64,000 nt of DNA. Origin: a virus. Its lineage: Duplodnaviria; Caudoviricetes. The translations under genes were made by a program, and so were the position numbers. The DNA lies in IMG/VR virus record IMGVR_UViG_2636415866_000004, positions 547 through 64,546 of that record. The stretch is one strand, 5' to 3'. Shown one piece after another: positions 18,732 to 28,281 of this stretch. The notes under the pieces were generated by a model, which was not told the DNA's origin, ran no database searches, and worked only from the letters and a program-made list of their open reading frames with translations. Every line of letters starts with the position of its first letter. Position 1 is the first letter of the stretch.

Positions 18732-19475
18732 TTACAGTTCTTGCTCTATTATTTCTCTTGGAGCAAACCAACTCTCTCCGTTTAATGTCTCTATCTTTGT
18801 AACTACTACACCTGCATCTATAATATTAATCTTTGTTCCCTTTGATAGCATAGTTGCTTGTCCATTAAGTAACATATTAGTTGCAGCATCTTTGTTATTA
18901 GCATTAAGAAATGAAAGCATTTTATCAAGGCTGTCTTTAGATGAGCATACAAGTGCATCTTTATTTAAGACTATACTTTGTCCACTATGCAAAATCTTAT
19001 CATTTGGTTGTGAACTATTTTCATTAGAACTACTTATTGAATTGCTATCATTGCCAACCATAGCTGTTATTATTTCCACATCAACATGACACCCATCTGA
19101 ATTAAACTTTTCTAAGTTTAAATTCAAAGTTTTTTCTTCCCCTTTTGATACTTTCCAATTAGTATACATACCATCATCAACCTTATCGTTATTGCTATCT
19201 AATAATTTAAAACTTACACACATGTCATGTATATACTCGGAATTATTGCTAATTATGGTTACTGCGGTAGTGCCATTCTTATTGATTATTGGATTGTTGT
19301 TTTCATCTACTGTCATTTTAATGTCTACTTTATATTTTTCACTACTTGCAACTACTGATAAATCTCCAGATGATTGTTTTTGTAATTCTGTATTATTACT
19401 TGAACATCCAATTAAATTAATTGTTAGAACTAAATTTATAATTGCAAGCATAATTATTTTTTTCATTTTCATCAC
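18732..19475 (-). CDS. lipoprotein (lysogenic conversion or superinfection-exclusion candidate)
   Basis: MKKII + hydrophobic core + LIGC lipobox, Ser-rich linker. Confidence 0.8.
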   Translation of the reverse strand: MMKMKKIIMLAIINLVLTINLIGCSSNNTELQKQSSGDLSVVASSEKYKVDIKMTVDENNNPIINKNGTTAVTIISNNSEYIHDMCVSFKLLDSNNDKVDDGMYTNWKVSKGEEKTLNLNLEKFNSDGCHVDVEIITAMVGNDSNSISSSNENSSQPNDKILHSGQSIVLNKDALVCSSKDSLDKMLSFLNANNKDAATNMLLNGQATMLSKGTKINIIDAGVVVTKIETLNGESWFAPREIIEQEL

Positions 19476-19696
19476 TCCCTAAATTTATATCTGGTATAAT
19501 TATACTGTTTTATATATTTATTAACAATAACTCATCTTTATGGTTAAAGTTTTATGATAACGTATCAAATATAATAAGTTATTCTTTTTTTGAATCACCA
19601 TCCTTACTGATAAAATAATAAAAAATAATCTTTATAATATTTAAAATAAAAAAGAAAGCTAAAACATTTCTGTAATAGCTCTCTAGAATACAATTC

Positions 19697-19948
19697 TTAT
19701 ACTAATAGTATATTTAAATCATTAGTTATTTCTGTTATTTCTTCATTTAGTTCGTTTAAATAAGTTTTAATAACAGAAAGTATCTCATTACTCTCTACTA
19801 ATCCTAAATCAAATGTACAGTGGAAATTTAAGTCTATTAAATATAAATGTTTTATATTTAATGAAACTAAATATTCCCCTTTTTTAATTACACTATTTTT
19901 ATTGTTAATAGATGTAAAAATTATTGTTCCTGATTTTATTCTATTCAT
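19697..19948 (-). CDS. hypothetical protein
   Basis: AGGAG SD. Confidence 0.7.
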   Translation of the reverse strand: MNRIKSGTIIFTSINNKNSVIKKGEYLVSLNIKHLYLIDLNFHCTFDLGLVESNEILSVIKTYLNELNEEITEITNDLNILLV

Positions 19949-19962
19949 TTGTTGCTCTCCTT

Positions 19963-20370
19963 TTATGCAATTATTTTTTGTACTATAGCTAAATCTCTTC
20001 TACTTATATCCTTAGCTTTTAACATTGTATAAATAGCGTGTGCATCATTCTTAAATTTTTTCTTAGGATATTGATTAACATTTCTACTTAAGTACTCTCT
20101 AATAGCTATTATTCTTTCTCTAGTAAGTTCTCCTGCTCTTAATTTGTCATGAAAGTTCTTATAAATAATATTATAAGCTTCCTCCACTTTTAATGATCTT
20201 GTCTTTTTAGAGTTCATTTGTTCAACTACCATTTCTGCTGAAATATTTTTAACTGGTAGAGCTCTTAATTTTAATATTCCCCATGTAGTGAATAATTTTA
20301 TTATTATTGGTAATCCTAGTAATGTAATTATGATTAACATAATCATCATCCTTTCTTTTATGTTTTGCAT
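19963..20370 (-). CDS. membrane-anchored basic protein
   Basis: N-terminal TM; likely start near 20342 after AAAGGA. Confidence 0.72.
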   Translation of the reverse strand: MQNIKERMMIMLIIITLLGLPIIIKLFTTWGILKLRALPVKNISAEMVVEQMNSKKTRSLKVEEAYNIIYKNFHDKLRAGELTRERIIAIREYLSRNVNQYPKKKFKNDAHAIYTMLKAKDISRRDLAIVQKIIA

Positions 20371-20568
20371 ATCGCTTAAGCGTTGGTTTTGTGTAGTTGT
20401 TTATCTTAAGTAATATGTATCTTAAAATGTAGGATAAAATGTTGTGTTAGCTATAGGGTTAGTTGTAGGGGAATATATGTGTCCCCTATAAACTAACTTT
20501 TTTAATTGTTGGTATTCCTATATTCTAAGAACTCAATAAAATAGAGAGTATGCTACAATAAATAAAAT

Positions 20569-21153
20569 TTAAAATAAAAAGGAATGCAGATTATTGTAGT
20601 TTAAATCTGTATAGATTACATCAAAATTGGACGAGTTATATCTAATATCATTTAGAGTTGGTCGAGATATTATGACAATAGGAAAAGTCCCATAGCATTG
20701 TTTTTGAAGTGTTCCTTCTCTGTATAATTTCTCATAAAGTTGCATTTTTATATTAGAAGTGTAATGAGTATAATCTACTTCTAATATAATAAAGTATAGA
20801 TTATTTTCTAAAGTGAACTCTATATAGGCATCTGGTCTAATGAGTCCTTTTAAATATTGAGGTTGGAGTTTTATTTGGCGTATTTCTCCACCTTTTTTCT
20901 TTACTACCTTTAGAAAGTCGTATACAAGTAACTCATGGTCTTTAAGTTTCTTTTCTTGATAATAAATCTTTTCTCTTGAAAATTGACTTATATAACTCTT
21001 TAATAATTCCATATCTTCTAGTTGCTTAAGCCTTCTTCTACAACTCTCATAAGTTCCATTAAATAATAATTCTGTTGCTTGTGTTACTGAAATAGATTTA
21101 TAATCTTCTATCCATTTTAAGACTTGTCTATCCCTCTCTGTTAGCATTTTCAA
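20569..21153 (-). CDS. replication-relaxation family protein (wHTH + PD-(D/E)xK)
   Basis: LTERDRQVL..CRRRLKQL..HELLV..IRPDA..LEVD; overlaps the FtsK stop. Confidence 0.82.
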   Translation of the reverse strand: MKMLTERDRQVLKWIEDYKSISVTQATELLFNGTYESCRRRLKQLEDMELLKSYISQFSREKIYYQEKKLKDHELLVYDFLKVVKKKGGEIRQIKLQPQYLKGLIRPDAYIEFTLENNLYFIILEVDYTHYTSNIKMQLYEKLYREGTLQKQCYGTFPIVIISRPTLNDIRYNSSNFDVIYTDLNYNNLHSFLF

Positions 21154-22393
21154 CCTCCTGTAGACTTATTACACCTTTTCTTTTCCTTTTCTCTTGTACA
21201 GGCTTAATATCTTCTATAGGTACATCTACAATAGTTGGAGCTTCTATCATTAGTATTTGTCCATTTTCCTTTTTTACATTTAATATTTGTTGCTTTTCTT
21301 CTTTGGTTGGAATCCTAATTTCAGGAACATATTTATTTAATATAACAAAATCATCATCTATATAAGGCACTTTAATATTTATTTCACCGTTAGATCCGCA
21401 AACAATGCACTCACCTTTTTTAAGTTGCATAGCATTATTAGAATTAATAACATTTTGAGAATCTATAATAGAATTTTGATGAAATGTAATTCTAGTCATT
21501 TGTGATTTTACATCTGTATTTAAATTGGTTGCTGTAGTTCTTTGTAATGCTCCAATTAAATGTACACCTACACTTCGTCCTGCTTTAACTACTTGCCACA
21601 ATTCTTCCCATACTGGCAATTCCATTAATTCTGACATTTCTTCACAAACTAAAATTACTCTTTTCATTTTTTTACTTTTAAAATGTTTATTCCATTGATT
21701 TATATTTCTTATACCATGTGCTTTAAACAGATTACTTCTATCATCTATTTTCTTTTTAACCTTATTTATTGCTATCAATAATTCATTGCAATTATAAGCC
21801 ACCATTTTTACTGGCAAACAATCTTCAAATGAACTTATCTCTCCCTTTATTAGTTGAGTAAGATATAATTCTATATTCTTAGAGCTGTTATATATTAAGT
21901 TTGTTAATATGCTTGATAATAACATTGACTTTCCATAACCTGTTGCTCCTGCTATTAATAACATTGGATGTTCATCTAAATTTAAAAAATATGGTTGTCC
22001 TTTATAATCTCTTCCTATATAAAGTTGATTTTCTCTACATTTAACTGGTTCAAAATAGAACTTAGCAATATCTTTATTAACTGCATATAGTTTTATATCA
22101 TTATTAAACTTATTCTTTTCTATATTAATTATTGAATTTAAATTGCACTCCAATATATTTAATTTACTTTCTAAATGCTCTATACTTAAGCCTTTAACAT
22201 TGTTCAAATGAGCTATATATCCATAATTGGTTGTTTCAAGCTTATATATACTAAATGTTTCATCTTGTCTGTTTCTGATTCCTGTAGCACTCATTATTTC
22301 ATTAAAATCGTTCTTAAATTTTCTTTTATCTGCTGTATTTAGATAGTTATACATATAAGTACCTGCTATAGCTAATCCTAGTTCAACAAACAT
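21128..22393 (-). CDS. FtsK/SpoIIIE-domain ATPase
   Basis: PMLLIAGATGYGKS, VCEEMSE, AGRSVGVHLIGALQR; short N-terminal hydrophobic anchor. Confidence 0.9.
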   Translation of the reverse strand: MFVELGLAIAGTYMYNYLNTADKRKFKNDFNEIMSATGIRNRQDETFSIYKLETTNYGYIAHLNNVKGLSIEHLESKLNILECNLNSIINIEKNKFNNDIKLYAVNKDIAKFYFEPVKCRENQLYIGRDYKGQPYFLNLDEHPMLLIAGATGYGKSMLLSSILTNLIYNSSKNIELYLTQLIKGEISSFEDCLPVKMVAYNCNELLIAINKVKKKIDDRSNLFKAHGIRNINQWNKHFKSKKMKRVILVCEEMSELMELPVWEELWQVVKAGRSVGVHLIGALQRTTATNLNTDVKSQMTRITFHQNSIIDSQNVINSNNAMQLKKGECIVCGSNGEINIKVPYIDDDFVILNKYVPEIRIPTKEEKQQILNVKKENGQILMIEAPTIVDVPIEDIKPVQEKRKRKGVISLQEVENANREG

Positions 22394-22551
22394 TAGCTTT
22401 TCGCCTTCTTGCTAATTGCTGTTGTTATAACCATTAATATTGTTCCTCCGTATAATATAAAACCTTCAAACGCCCCGAATCCGAAAGCGTTGCCTAGGAC
22501 TTTGCAATTACTATAAATGTAATTAAATAATCTAATATCTAAATCAAACAT
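22393..22551 (-). CDS. 52-aa membrane peptide coupled to FtsK
   Basis: MFDLDIRLFNYIY..FEGFILYGGTILMVITTAI; TAATG overlap with the FtsK start. Confidence 0.7.
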   Translation of the reverse strand: MFDLDIRLFNYIYSNCKVLGNAFGFGAFEGFILYGGTILMVITTAISKKAKS

Positions 22552-22714
22552 ATCTATTCTCCTTTCTTAAATATTTTTCCGGATAATATATTTCTCCCAA
22601 AGTTTGTTTAATTTCATCTCCTCTGTCCTCCATCTCAAACAATCTTTTATATAATTCTAATTCTTTTTTAGAAGTAGTTTTAAAACTAATCCTTATTACT
22701 AAAGCTTGGCTCAT
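22544..22714 (-). CDS. 56-aa ribbon-helix-helix-like (ParR-like) protein
   Basis: MSQALVIRISFKTTSKKELELYKRL; AAGGAG SD. Confidence 0.65.
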   Translation of the reverse strand: MSQALVIRISFKTTSKKELELYKRLFEMEDRGDEIKQTLGEIYYPEKYLRKENRYV

Positions 22715-22816
22715 TTTTAAACTCCTTTTTGTTAATTCTATACTCTATACTATGCAGAAACTTTATTAAACTTTCCTAAAATTTAATAAAATATATAAAA
22801 AAATAAGAGTAGGTAT

Positions 22817-22990
22817 TTATTCCCTACTCTTAAGCATTTTTTCATATATTAACTGTTTTAGATAAGAACTTTTGCCAATTACCTTACTATTTTCTGCTAA
22901 AAAACTGTACAATTCCATATCCAGTTCATTTTCCTTGTTAAATGTAGCTTCTGCTTTTTCATATTCATATTTCCCTACTTTTTTAGTCAC
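22817..22990 (-). CDS. 57-aa ribbon-helix-helix-like protein
   Basis: ..ATFNKENELDMELYSFL..GKSSYLKQLI; GAGGTG SD, GTG start. Confidence 0.65.
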   Translation of the reverse strand: MTKKVGKYEYEKAEATFNKENELDMELYSFLAENSKVIGKSSYLKQLIYEKMLKSRE

Positions 22991-23160
22991 CAAACCACCT
23001 CTAAGAATAATATTACCATATAATGTTAATAATTTCTATGAGGTGATAATATTGCAAAAGAGTTTTATTAAAATAGATTTATGTATTTGCTTATTTTGGG
23101 TCGGCATTTTTATTTTATGTCTGTCTATAATTTGACAAAATATTTTTAAAATGTAATAAT

Positions 23161-23595
23161 TTGATAAAGAAATATCTAGAGGTGATAAATATGAAAAAAA
23201 GATTAATTAAAATTTTTAGTATGGTATTTATAAGTTGTATGTTATTTTCAACTAATGCTTTTGCTGGCACTTGGCTTCAACATCAAGGTAATGAAGGTTG
23301 GGTAAATGGTGTTTATTATGGAGGATGGGAATATCAAAATGATGATGGTTCTAAAGCTAATGGCTGGAAATATATAAATAATAATTGGTATTATTTTGAT
23401 ATAGGTGATGGTTGTGCCTATACTGGAATTAATACAATAAATGGTAAGGATTACTACTTTGACCCTATAAATTGTGATATGAAACATGATCAGTATGTTA
23501 GAATTGGAAACGGTAGACATGCTGCTATGGCATGGGCTTGTAGTGATGGACATATAGATTATAATAATACAACATTCCAAGACTATGTAAAATAA
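23161..23595 (+). CDS. secreted cell-wall (choline-binding repeat) protein
   Basis: Start about 23191 MKKRLIK..NAFA signal peptide; GWKYINNNWYYF, GINTINGKDYYF repeats; TTGACA-17-TAATAA upstream. Confidence 0.82.
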   Translation: MIKKYLEVINMKKRLIKIFSMVFISCMLFSTNAFAGTWLQHQGNEGWVNGVYYGGWEYQNDDGSKANGWKYINNNWYYFDIGDGCAYTGINTINGKDYYFDPINCDMKHDQYVRIGNGRHAAMAWACSDGHIDYNNTTFQDYVK

Positions 23596-23837
23596 AAATA
23601 AGCAGTAAGTAAGATTAATTTTTTACCTACTGCTTTATCAATGTATATTATTACTAGTTTAGGTTAATAATTTTAACATAAGAGAAAGATAACTTTAAAT
23701 TCTGTTATCTTTTTCTTTGTGATTTCCTCTTAAGCTTATATCGCATATAAAATAAGGGCAGTACATAGAACTTAATCTACATACTGCCCTTTAGTCTCTT
23801 GATTTTAATAGTTTATTATTCTTAACTACTTTTATAA

Positions 23838-24902
23838 TTAACTTACAATGCTTTTGGGGTTTAATTCGTTTTTATCTTCTTGTAATTCTTCTTTTTTGTT
23901 GTTTTTATGCGATTTTTTACATTTATCTTTATTACATATACCTAGTAAATACATATAACAAATAAAAAAAGATATTAGAATAACTAAAAATCCTATTAGG
24001 CAAACTACTATGGAATTATTTTTACCCACATTGACAAACCAACCACCTATATTTTGAGTATCTATGTAATATAACCATGAGCACATAGACAATACAGTTA
24101 ATAAAATTAAATTACTCCAAAATATTAATGGATATTTTTGTATCAATGTAGCATCTTCATTTAAATCTGATTTTATCTTCATTTCAGTCATCTTACTAAT
24201 AAAAAACATAAATACAAATACAAGGTTAGTTACACATAACCCCCATACAGTACCTATAATCATTATTTGTAAAATCGGTATACTCTGAGCATTTTTAAAT
24301 ATACCATCTAAAGAATTAATTGATCCAAAGACTAAAAAAGACATTGCAGTAAATATTCCTACCAATGAAATTAACTGTGAATTCATTCCTTTTGTAAATT
24401 CATTTAATTGTTTATTCACATCTGTTTTTACTGGGGATATATTTTTAATGAAATTACGCTTAAATTCATCATCGCTTTGCTTTAAACTTTCAAATTGATA
24501 TAACGCCAAATGAGAATGATCCCATAATTTCAAGATAGTCTTTTTTATTTTTGTATAGTGCTTAACTTTACTTCTTTTTGTCTTATCTGCTAAATATATA
24601 TCATTATATTTAGCAGATAAGACAAATTCAGCTAATGAATCTAAATTAGTAATAAAAATACCAACTTTCTCATCCTCTAATAAGAATATATAATTACTTA
24701 TTACTGAATATAATAGTCGGTCATGATTTTTCATATATTCACTAATTAATTCTATGGAATTATTAGTATCAAAAGATGAAGTTGTTTGCATAAACGATAG
24801 ATTTAAAATTCTTTTTATGTCTGTTGTCATTTTATCTATTTTATTCTCATCTCTATTATCTATAATTTCAGTAGATCTCTTTCTTAAAAACTGTTCATTC
24901 AT
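23838..24902 (-). CDS. multi-TM protein, candidate toxin (PanT) partner of the Panacea antitoxin
   Basis: Soluble N-half plus about 4 TM helices; starts 7 bp after the Panacea gene. Confidence 0.7.
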   Translation of the reverse strand: MNEQFLRKRSTEIIDNRDENKIDKMTTDIKRILNLSFMQTTSSFDTNNSIELISEYMKNHDRLLYSVISNYIFLLEDEKVGIFITNLDSLAEFVLSAKYNDIYLADKTKRSKVKHYTKIKKTILKLWDHSHLALYQFESLKQSDDEFKRNFIKNISPVKTDVNKQLNEFTKGMNSQLISLVGIFTAMSFLVFGSINSLDGIFKNAQSIPILQIMIIGTVWGLCVTNLVFVFMFFISKMTEMKIKSDLNEDATLIQKYPLIFWSNLILLTVLSMCSWLYYIDTQNIGGWFVNVGKNNSIVVCLIGFLVILISFFICYMYLLGICNKDKCKKSHKNNKKEELQEDKNELNPKSIVS

Positions 24903-24909
24903 AATTTAT

Positions 24910-25389
24910 TTAATCCTCATTAAAAAATTTATATATCGAATCTTGAGTTATTATATTATTCCATCCTTTTGCATATGAGCTAAGCCACGGAGTTTGATTA
25001 TGTGTGATTTCAACTAACTTACCAGCTGAATATTTACTACACTCATCTACCATTTCATTAATCTTATTTCTATCTTTAATAGATATAAGATTTTCATCAT
25101 ACATTTTTTTTTCAGATTCCCACACACCATTACTTAAATCAACATAACTATCAATATAAGGTATTTCATTACTTCCATACATTTTAAATTCTTGATATAC
25201 TTCTGGTACTACAGGTCCAAAATCCCATGCTTCAATATCTTCATTGAAACACGCTCTATGATTGTCTGTTAAAAAAGATGCTTGTACAAAATATAGAATC
25301 TTTTGTAATTTTAAATTTGATATATTATACATCTTCTTATTTCCATAATTTATAATATATCTTGCAATATCTAAAACATTATAAGCCAT
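24910..25389 (-). CDS. Panacea (DUF4065/SocA/GepA) antitoxin
   Basis: ISNLKLQKILYF, IEAWDFGPVVPEVY, LVEITHNQTPW. Confidence 0.93.
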   Translation of the reverse strand: MAYNVLDIARYIINYGNKKMYNISNLKLQKILYFVQASFLTDNHRACFNEDIEAWDFGPVVPEVYQEFKMYGSNEIPYIDSYVDLSNGVWESEKKMYDENLISIKDRNKINEMVDECSKYSAGKLVEITHNQTPWLSSYAKGWNNIITQDSIYKFFNED

Positions 25390-25752
25390 ACAATCACCGC
25401 TTTCTACTTCTATATTTCTAATATATAATATATGAATAAATATTACTTATTACCTATACTTTACCACTTTATTAGGAAATATTCAATTAATAATTATTCC
25501 ATTTTTTAATCATTTAGTTAAATTATTTATAATTTTTGATAATATTTTATCACATTTAGTAATTTTTTATGTTTATAGCTAACTCTATTTTGGGAAATAA
25601 AACAAAGGGTAGCAAATAAAATTTCTCCTATCTACTACCCTTAAAATCTATTAAATTTACCTTTTCCATTTTACTCATAATATTTCTTAATATTTATGAT
25701 ATAATTAAGAAGAAGAAAAAAAGAATGGAAAGGTTTTAAACCCTTCCTTTGG

Positions 25753-25872
25753 TTACTTGTTAATTACAAGTATTAGATTTATAACAGCTATTATCAAGTT
25801 TACTAGGCAAGTTAGTAACTGTATTAAATCCTTTGTTTAAATTCCTTTTTTCTTCTTCTTTTTCTTTGACAC
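25753..25872 (-). pseudogene. type I toxin-like membrane peptide with in-frame stop
   Basis: MSKKKKKKKGI*TKDLIQLLTCLVNLIIAVINLILVINK; TAA at 25837-39; fold-back complementarity to 25707-25726. Confidence 0.6.
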
Positions 25873-26164
25873 ATTATCACTTCATTACAATTATTATTAA
25901 TATTAAAATGTACTATATTTTTATATAGTAATAATATCATAAGTACGTTTGCAGGTTTATTACTTACCATAATAAATTAGTCGAATATACCTCTTTATTT
26001 AAGTTTGTATCTTGAAGCATATAATTAAATTACGTTGCTATTTCTGATTTTATATATTTACTTTTATTTCCACATTTACACAATACTACGAATTAACAAG
26101 TTTTCCATAGAGAATGAGGCAAATCATATCTTAAAATATAATCTGCCTCATTCTTTACTATTAA

Positions 26165-26356
26165 TTATTTCAAGCTATCCATATATTCTTTTTGTGCAGT
26201 ACTTTTAGATTTTCTTTCAAACTCTTTCACAACATCTACATTGCAATTATTGTTATCACAGATTATATTAGTAACAATATCATTTCCTTCATAATCAGTG
26301 TCTAACACTAACTCTTTTCCACATTCTGTACATACTCTTGGATAATCACTCATCAA
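26165..26356 (-). CDS. small zinc-binding hypothetical protein
   Basis: CTEC..C..C; GAGGAG SD. Confidence 0.65.
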   Translation of the reverse strand: MMSDYPRVCTECGKELVLDTDYEGNDIVTNIICDNNNCNVDVVKEFERKSKSTAQKEYMDSLK

Positions 26357-26482
26357 AAACTTCTCCTCACTTATATCACATTATTTAATATTAAATATCA
26401 CTGTATACATAATACCTTTTATACATATATAATTCAAATATAATTTATAATATTATATGACTTATTATATTAATATATTTTT

Positions 26483-27268
26483 CTATACATTACCTGTATA
26501 ATCCTCATCTAAAAACATAGCTGCTTCTTTAGTTCTACGCCTGTAAAGGCCTTCTATTCTCTTTCCTCCACCATTACTCCAAGCTTGAAAATTAGCTATA
26601 ATTGTGTCTTTGTCTCTTATTCCTGAAACAATATTTTTGTACAAAGTAGAACCTAATAGACCTGCTATTCCACAATTATATGCAAAGCTTACTAATGCAT
26701 CAAATTCATGTTGTTTTAAATTTACACTCTTATACTCTAAATCTTTTTTTATTACAGGAGCATATTTTCTATTTATCCAATCTTTTAATAACTCAGTTGC
26801 CTTTTCTTCTGTAATAGTAGCTGATAAATCTTCTATTTCCTTTCCTGTAAGTCCATAACCTTGTGTTAAAACTCCAACGCAATCATAATACTTATTAGGA
26901 TAAAAACCCTCCCACGACTTTATAAAGTCTATTCCTTTAGAACTTACTAAACTATCTTCTATCCATGCACCAGTACAATCAAATTTATAAGATTTTCCTT
27001 CTATAGTAACAGTACAGTTACTATACATTTCTCCTTTAAAGCCATTGCTTATAGGATTTAGATAATACCATTTATCATTATCTTTTAACCACCCTGTTTT
27101 CATAGCTCCACTTTCATCTAGGTAATACCACCTACCATCTTTATCCTCAATCCAACCAGTAGCCATAGTTCCATTATCCTTTAAGTAATACCACTTTCCA
27201 TTATCTTCATACCAGCCTTTAGTAATAGTTCCGTCTTGATTTTCTACACACCATTTCCAATTAGACAT
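26483..27268 (-). CDS. endolysin: choline-binding repeats + GH24 lysozyme
   Basis: GWYEDNGKWYYL repeats; IKSWEG..YYDCVGVLTQGYG, FDALVSFAYN, GLYRRR. Confidence 0.93.
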   Translation of the reverse strand: MSNWKWCVENQDGTITKGWYEDNGKWYYLKDNGTMATGWIEDKDGRWYYLDESGAMKTGWLKDNDKWYYLNPISNGFKGEMYSNCTVTIEGKSYKFDCTGAWIEDSLVSSKGIDFIKSWEGFYPNKYYDCVGVLTQGYGLTGKEIEDLSATITEEKATELLKDWINRKYAPVIKKDLEYKSVNLKQHEFDALVSFAYNCGIAGLLGSTLYKNIVSGIRDKDTIIANFQAWSNGGGKRIEGLYRRRTKEAAMFLDEDYTGNV

Positions 27269-27323
27269 TACACATTCCTCCTTATTTATATAACAAAAAA
27301 GGTAGCTTAAAACGCTACCTAAA

Positions 27324-27506
27324 TTACTCTTTAATTTCTTTTCTATCTTTACTAAAATAAAAAGCTATAACCATTGTATAGATTGTAATAAACTCTGTTG
27401 TAATTGTATTTCTGATAGCTAGTACAGCAAAAACCATAGTCATAATTACTGCTATAAGCCACCTTGCACTTGTTATTTTATTTAATAATCTGTCCATATA
27501 GATCAC
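27324..27506 (-). CDS. holin-like 2-TM protein
   Basis: two TM helices, VIAFYF; upstream of endolysin. Confidence 0.75.
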   Translation of the reverse strand: MIYMDRLLNKITSARWLIAVIMTMVFAVLAIRNTITTEFITIYTMVIAFYFSKDRKEIKE

Positions 27507-27508
27507 TC

Positions 27509-27709
27509 CTATTTTTCAATTTTTAGCTTGATTTCTTTGACATCTTCTTTTATATCCTCAACAACATTAAAGTTATCGGCCATCTTATCTAGTAATTCTT
27601 GATATTTTGTTTCTCTATCTCCTGTAGTTTTAAGTACATATAAAAGTAAGAAAATAAATAGTCCATATCCAAGACCTTGTTGTAATCCTACTTTAACTAA
27701 TTCATCCAT
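27509..27709 (-). CDS. BhlA/UviB-family holin-like peptide
   Basis: QGLGYGLFIFLLLYVLK..RETKYQ..IKEDVKEIK. Confidence 0.88.
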   Translation of the reverse strand: MDELVKVGLQQGLGYGLFIFLLLYVLKTTGDRETKYQELLDKMADNFNVVEDIKEDVKEIKLKIEK

Positions 27710-27803
27710 AAGACCTCCTCCACTGATTTAAGGCAATAAAAAAACACCTTACCGGTGCTGATCTATTACCTTAATATTATTTATCCTATATTCCTATTGC
27801 GAA

Positions 27804-27962
27804 CTAAACTGTTTCTACTGGTCTTTGTTCTGTATATTCAATCTTAGTTATCTCTGTATATTGCTCTGTTGTTATTTTCTTATAACTTACAAAGTCCCAG
27901 ACATCAGCATTGTTGTAACATCCCCAACAAAAATATCTTTTTACTTTTTCAAACCAATTCAT
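27804..27962 (-). CDS. XkdX-family protein (52 aa)
   Basis: MNWFEKVKRYF..VWDFV..KITTEQYTEITKIEY. Confidence 0.85.
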   Translation of the reverse strand: MNWFEKVKRYFCWGCYNNADVWDFVSYKKITTEQYTEITKIEYTEQRPVETV

Positions 27963-27963
27963 A

Positions 27964-28269
27964 CTATTTACCTCCTAAAGCTATTTGTTTTGTTAAATCT
28001 GCTAAGTCTTTTTGTAGTTGCTCTATAGCTAAATCCTTCTTAGCCATTTCTTTTGTATTTTGTGCAAGTTCTTCTTGTAGTAATTCCATTTGTGATTTAG
28101 GCATATCCTCTAATACCGGTTGTCCTGTTTTAATATCTACACCTTTAAGGACTTTATCCCTTGGAATATCTGTTATAATTGATTTTACTTCTCCGACTGG
28201 CTCATCTATACATCCACCTTTAAAAAATATTTGTTGTCCTGTTTCATCATAAATTATTAAAGTTTTCAT
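27964..28269 (-). CDS. tail-fibre assembly/chaperone-like protein
   Basis: MKTLIIYDETG.., C-terminal coiled coil; between fibre and XkdX. Confidence 0.7.
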   Translation of the reverse strand: MKTLIIYDETGQQIFFKGGCIDEPVGEVKSIITDIPRDKVLKGVDIKTGQPVLEDMPKSQMELLQEELAQNTKEMAKKDLAIEQLQKDLADLTKQIALGGK

Positions 28270-28281
28270 TTTTATTCCTCC

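Noticed and set aside
22806-26152. Similar hairpins (22806, 23601, 23756, 25606, 26114) as a novel repeat family
   Set aside because: They sit at moron ends with A/T tails and are adequately explained as intrinsic terminators
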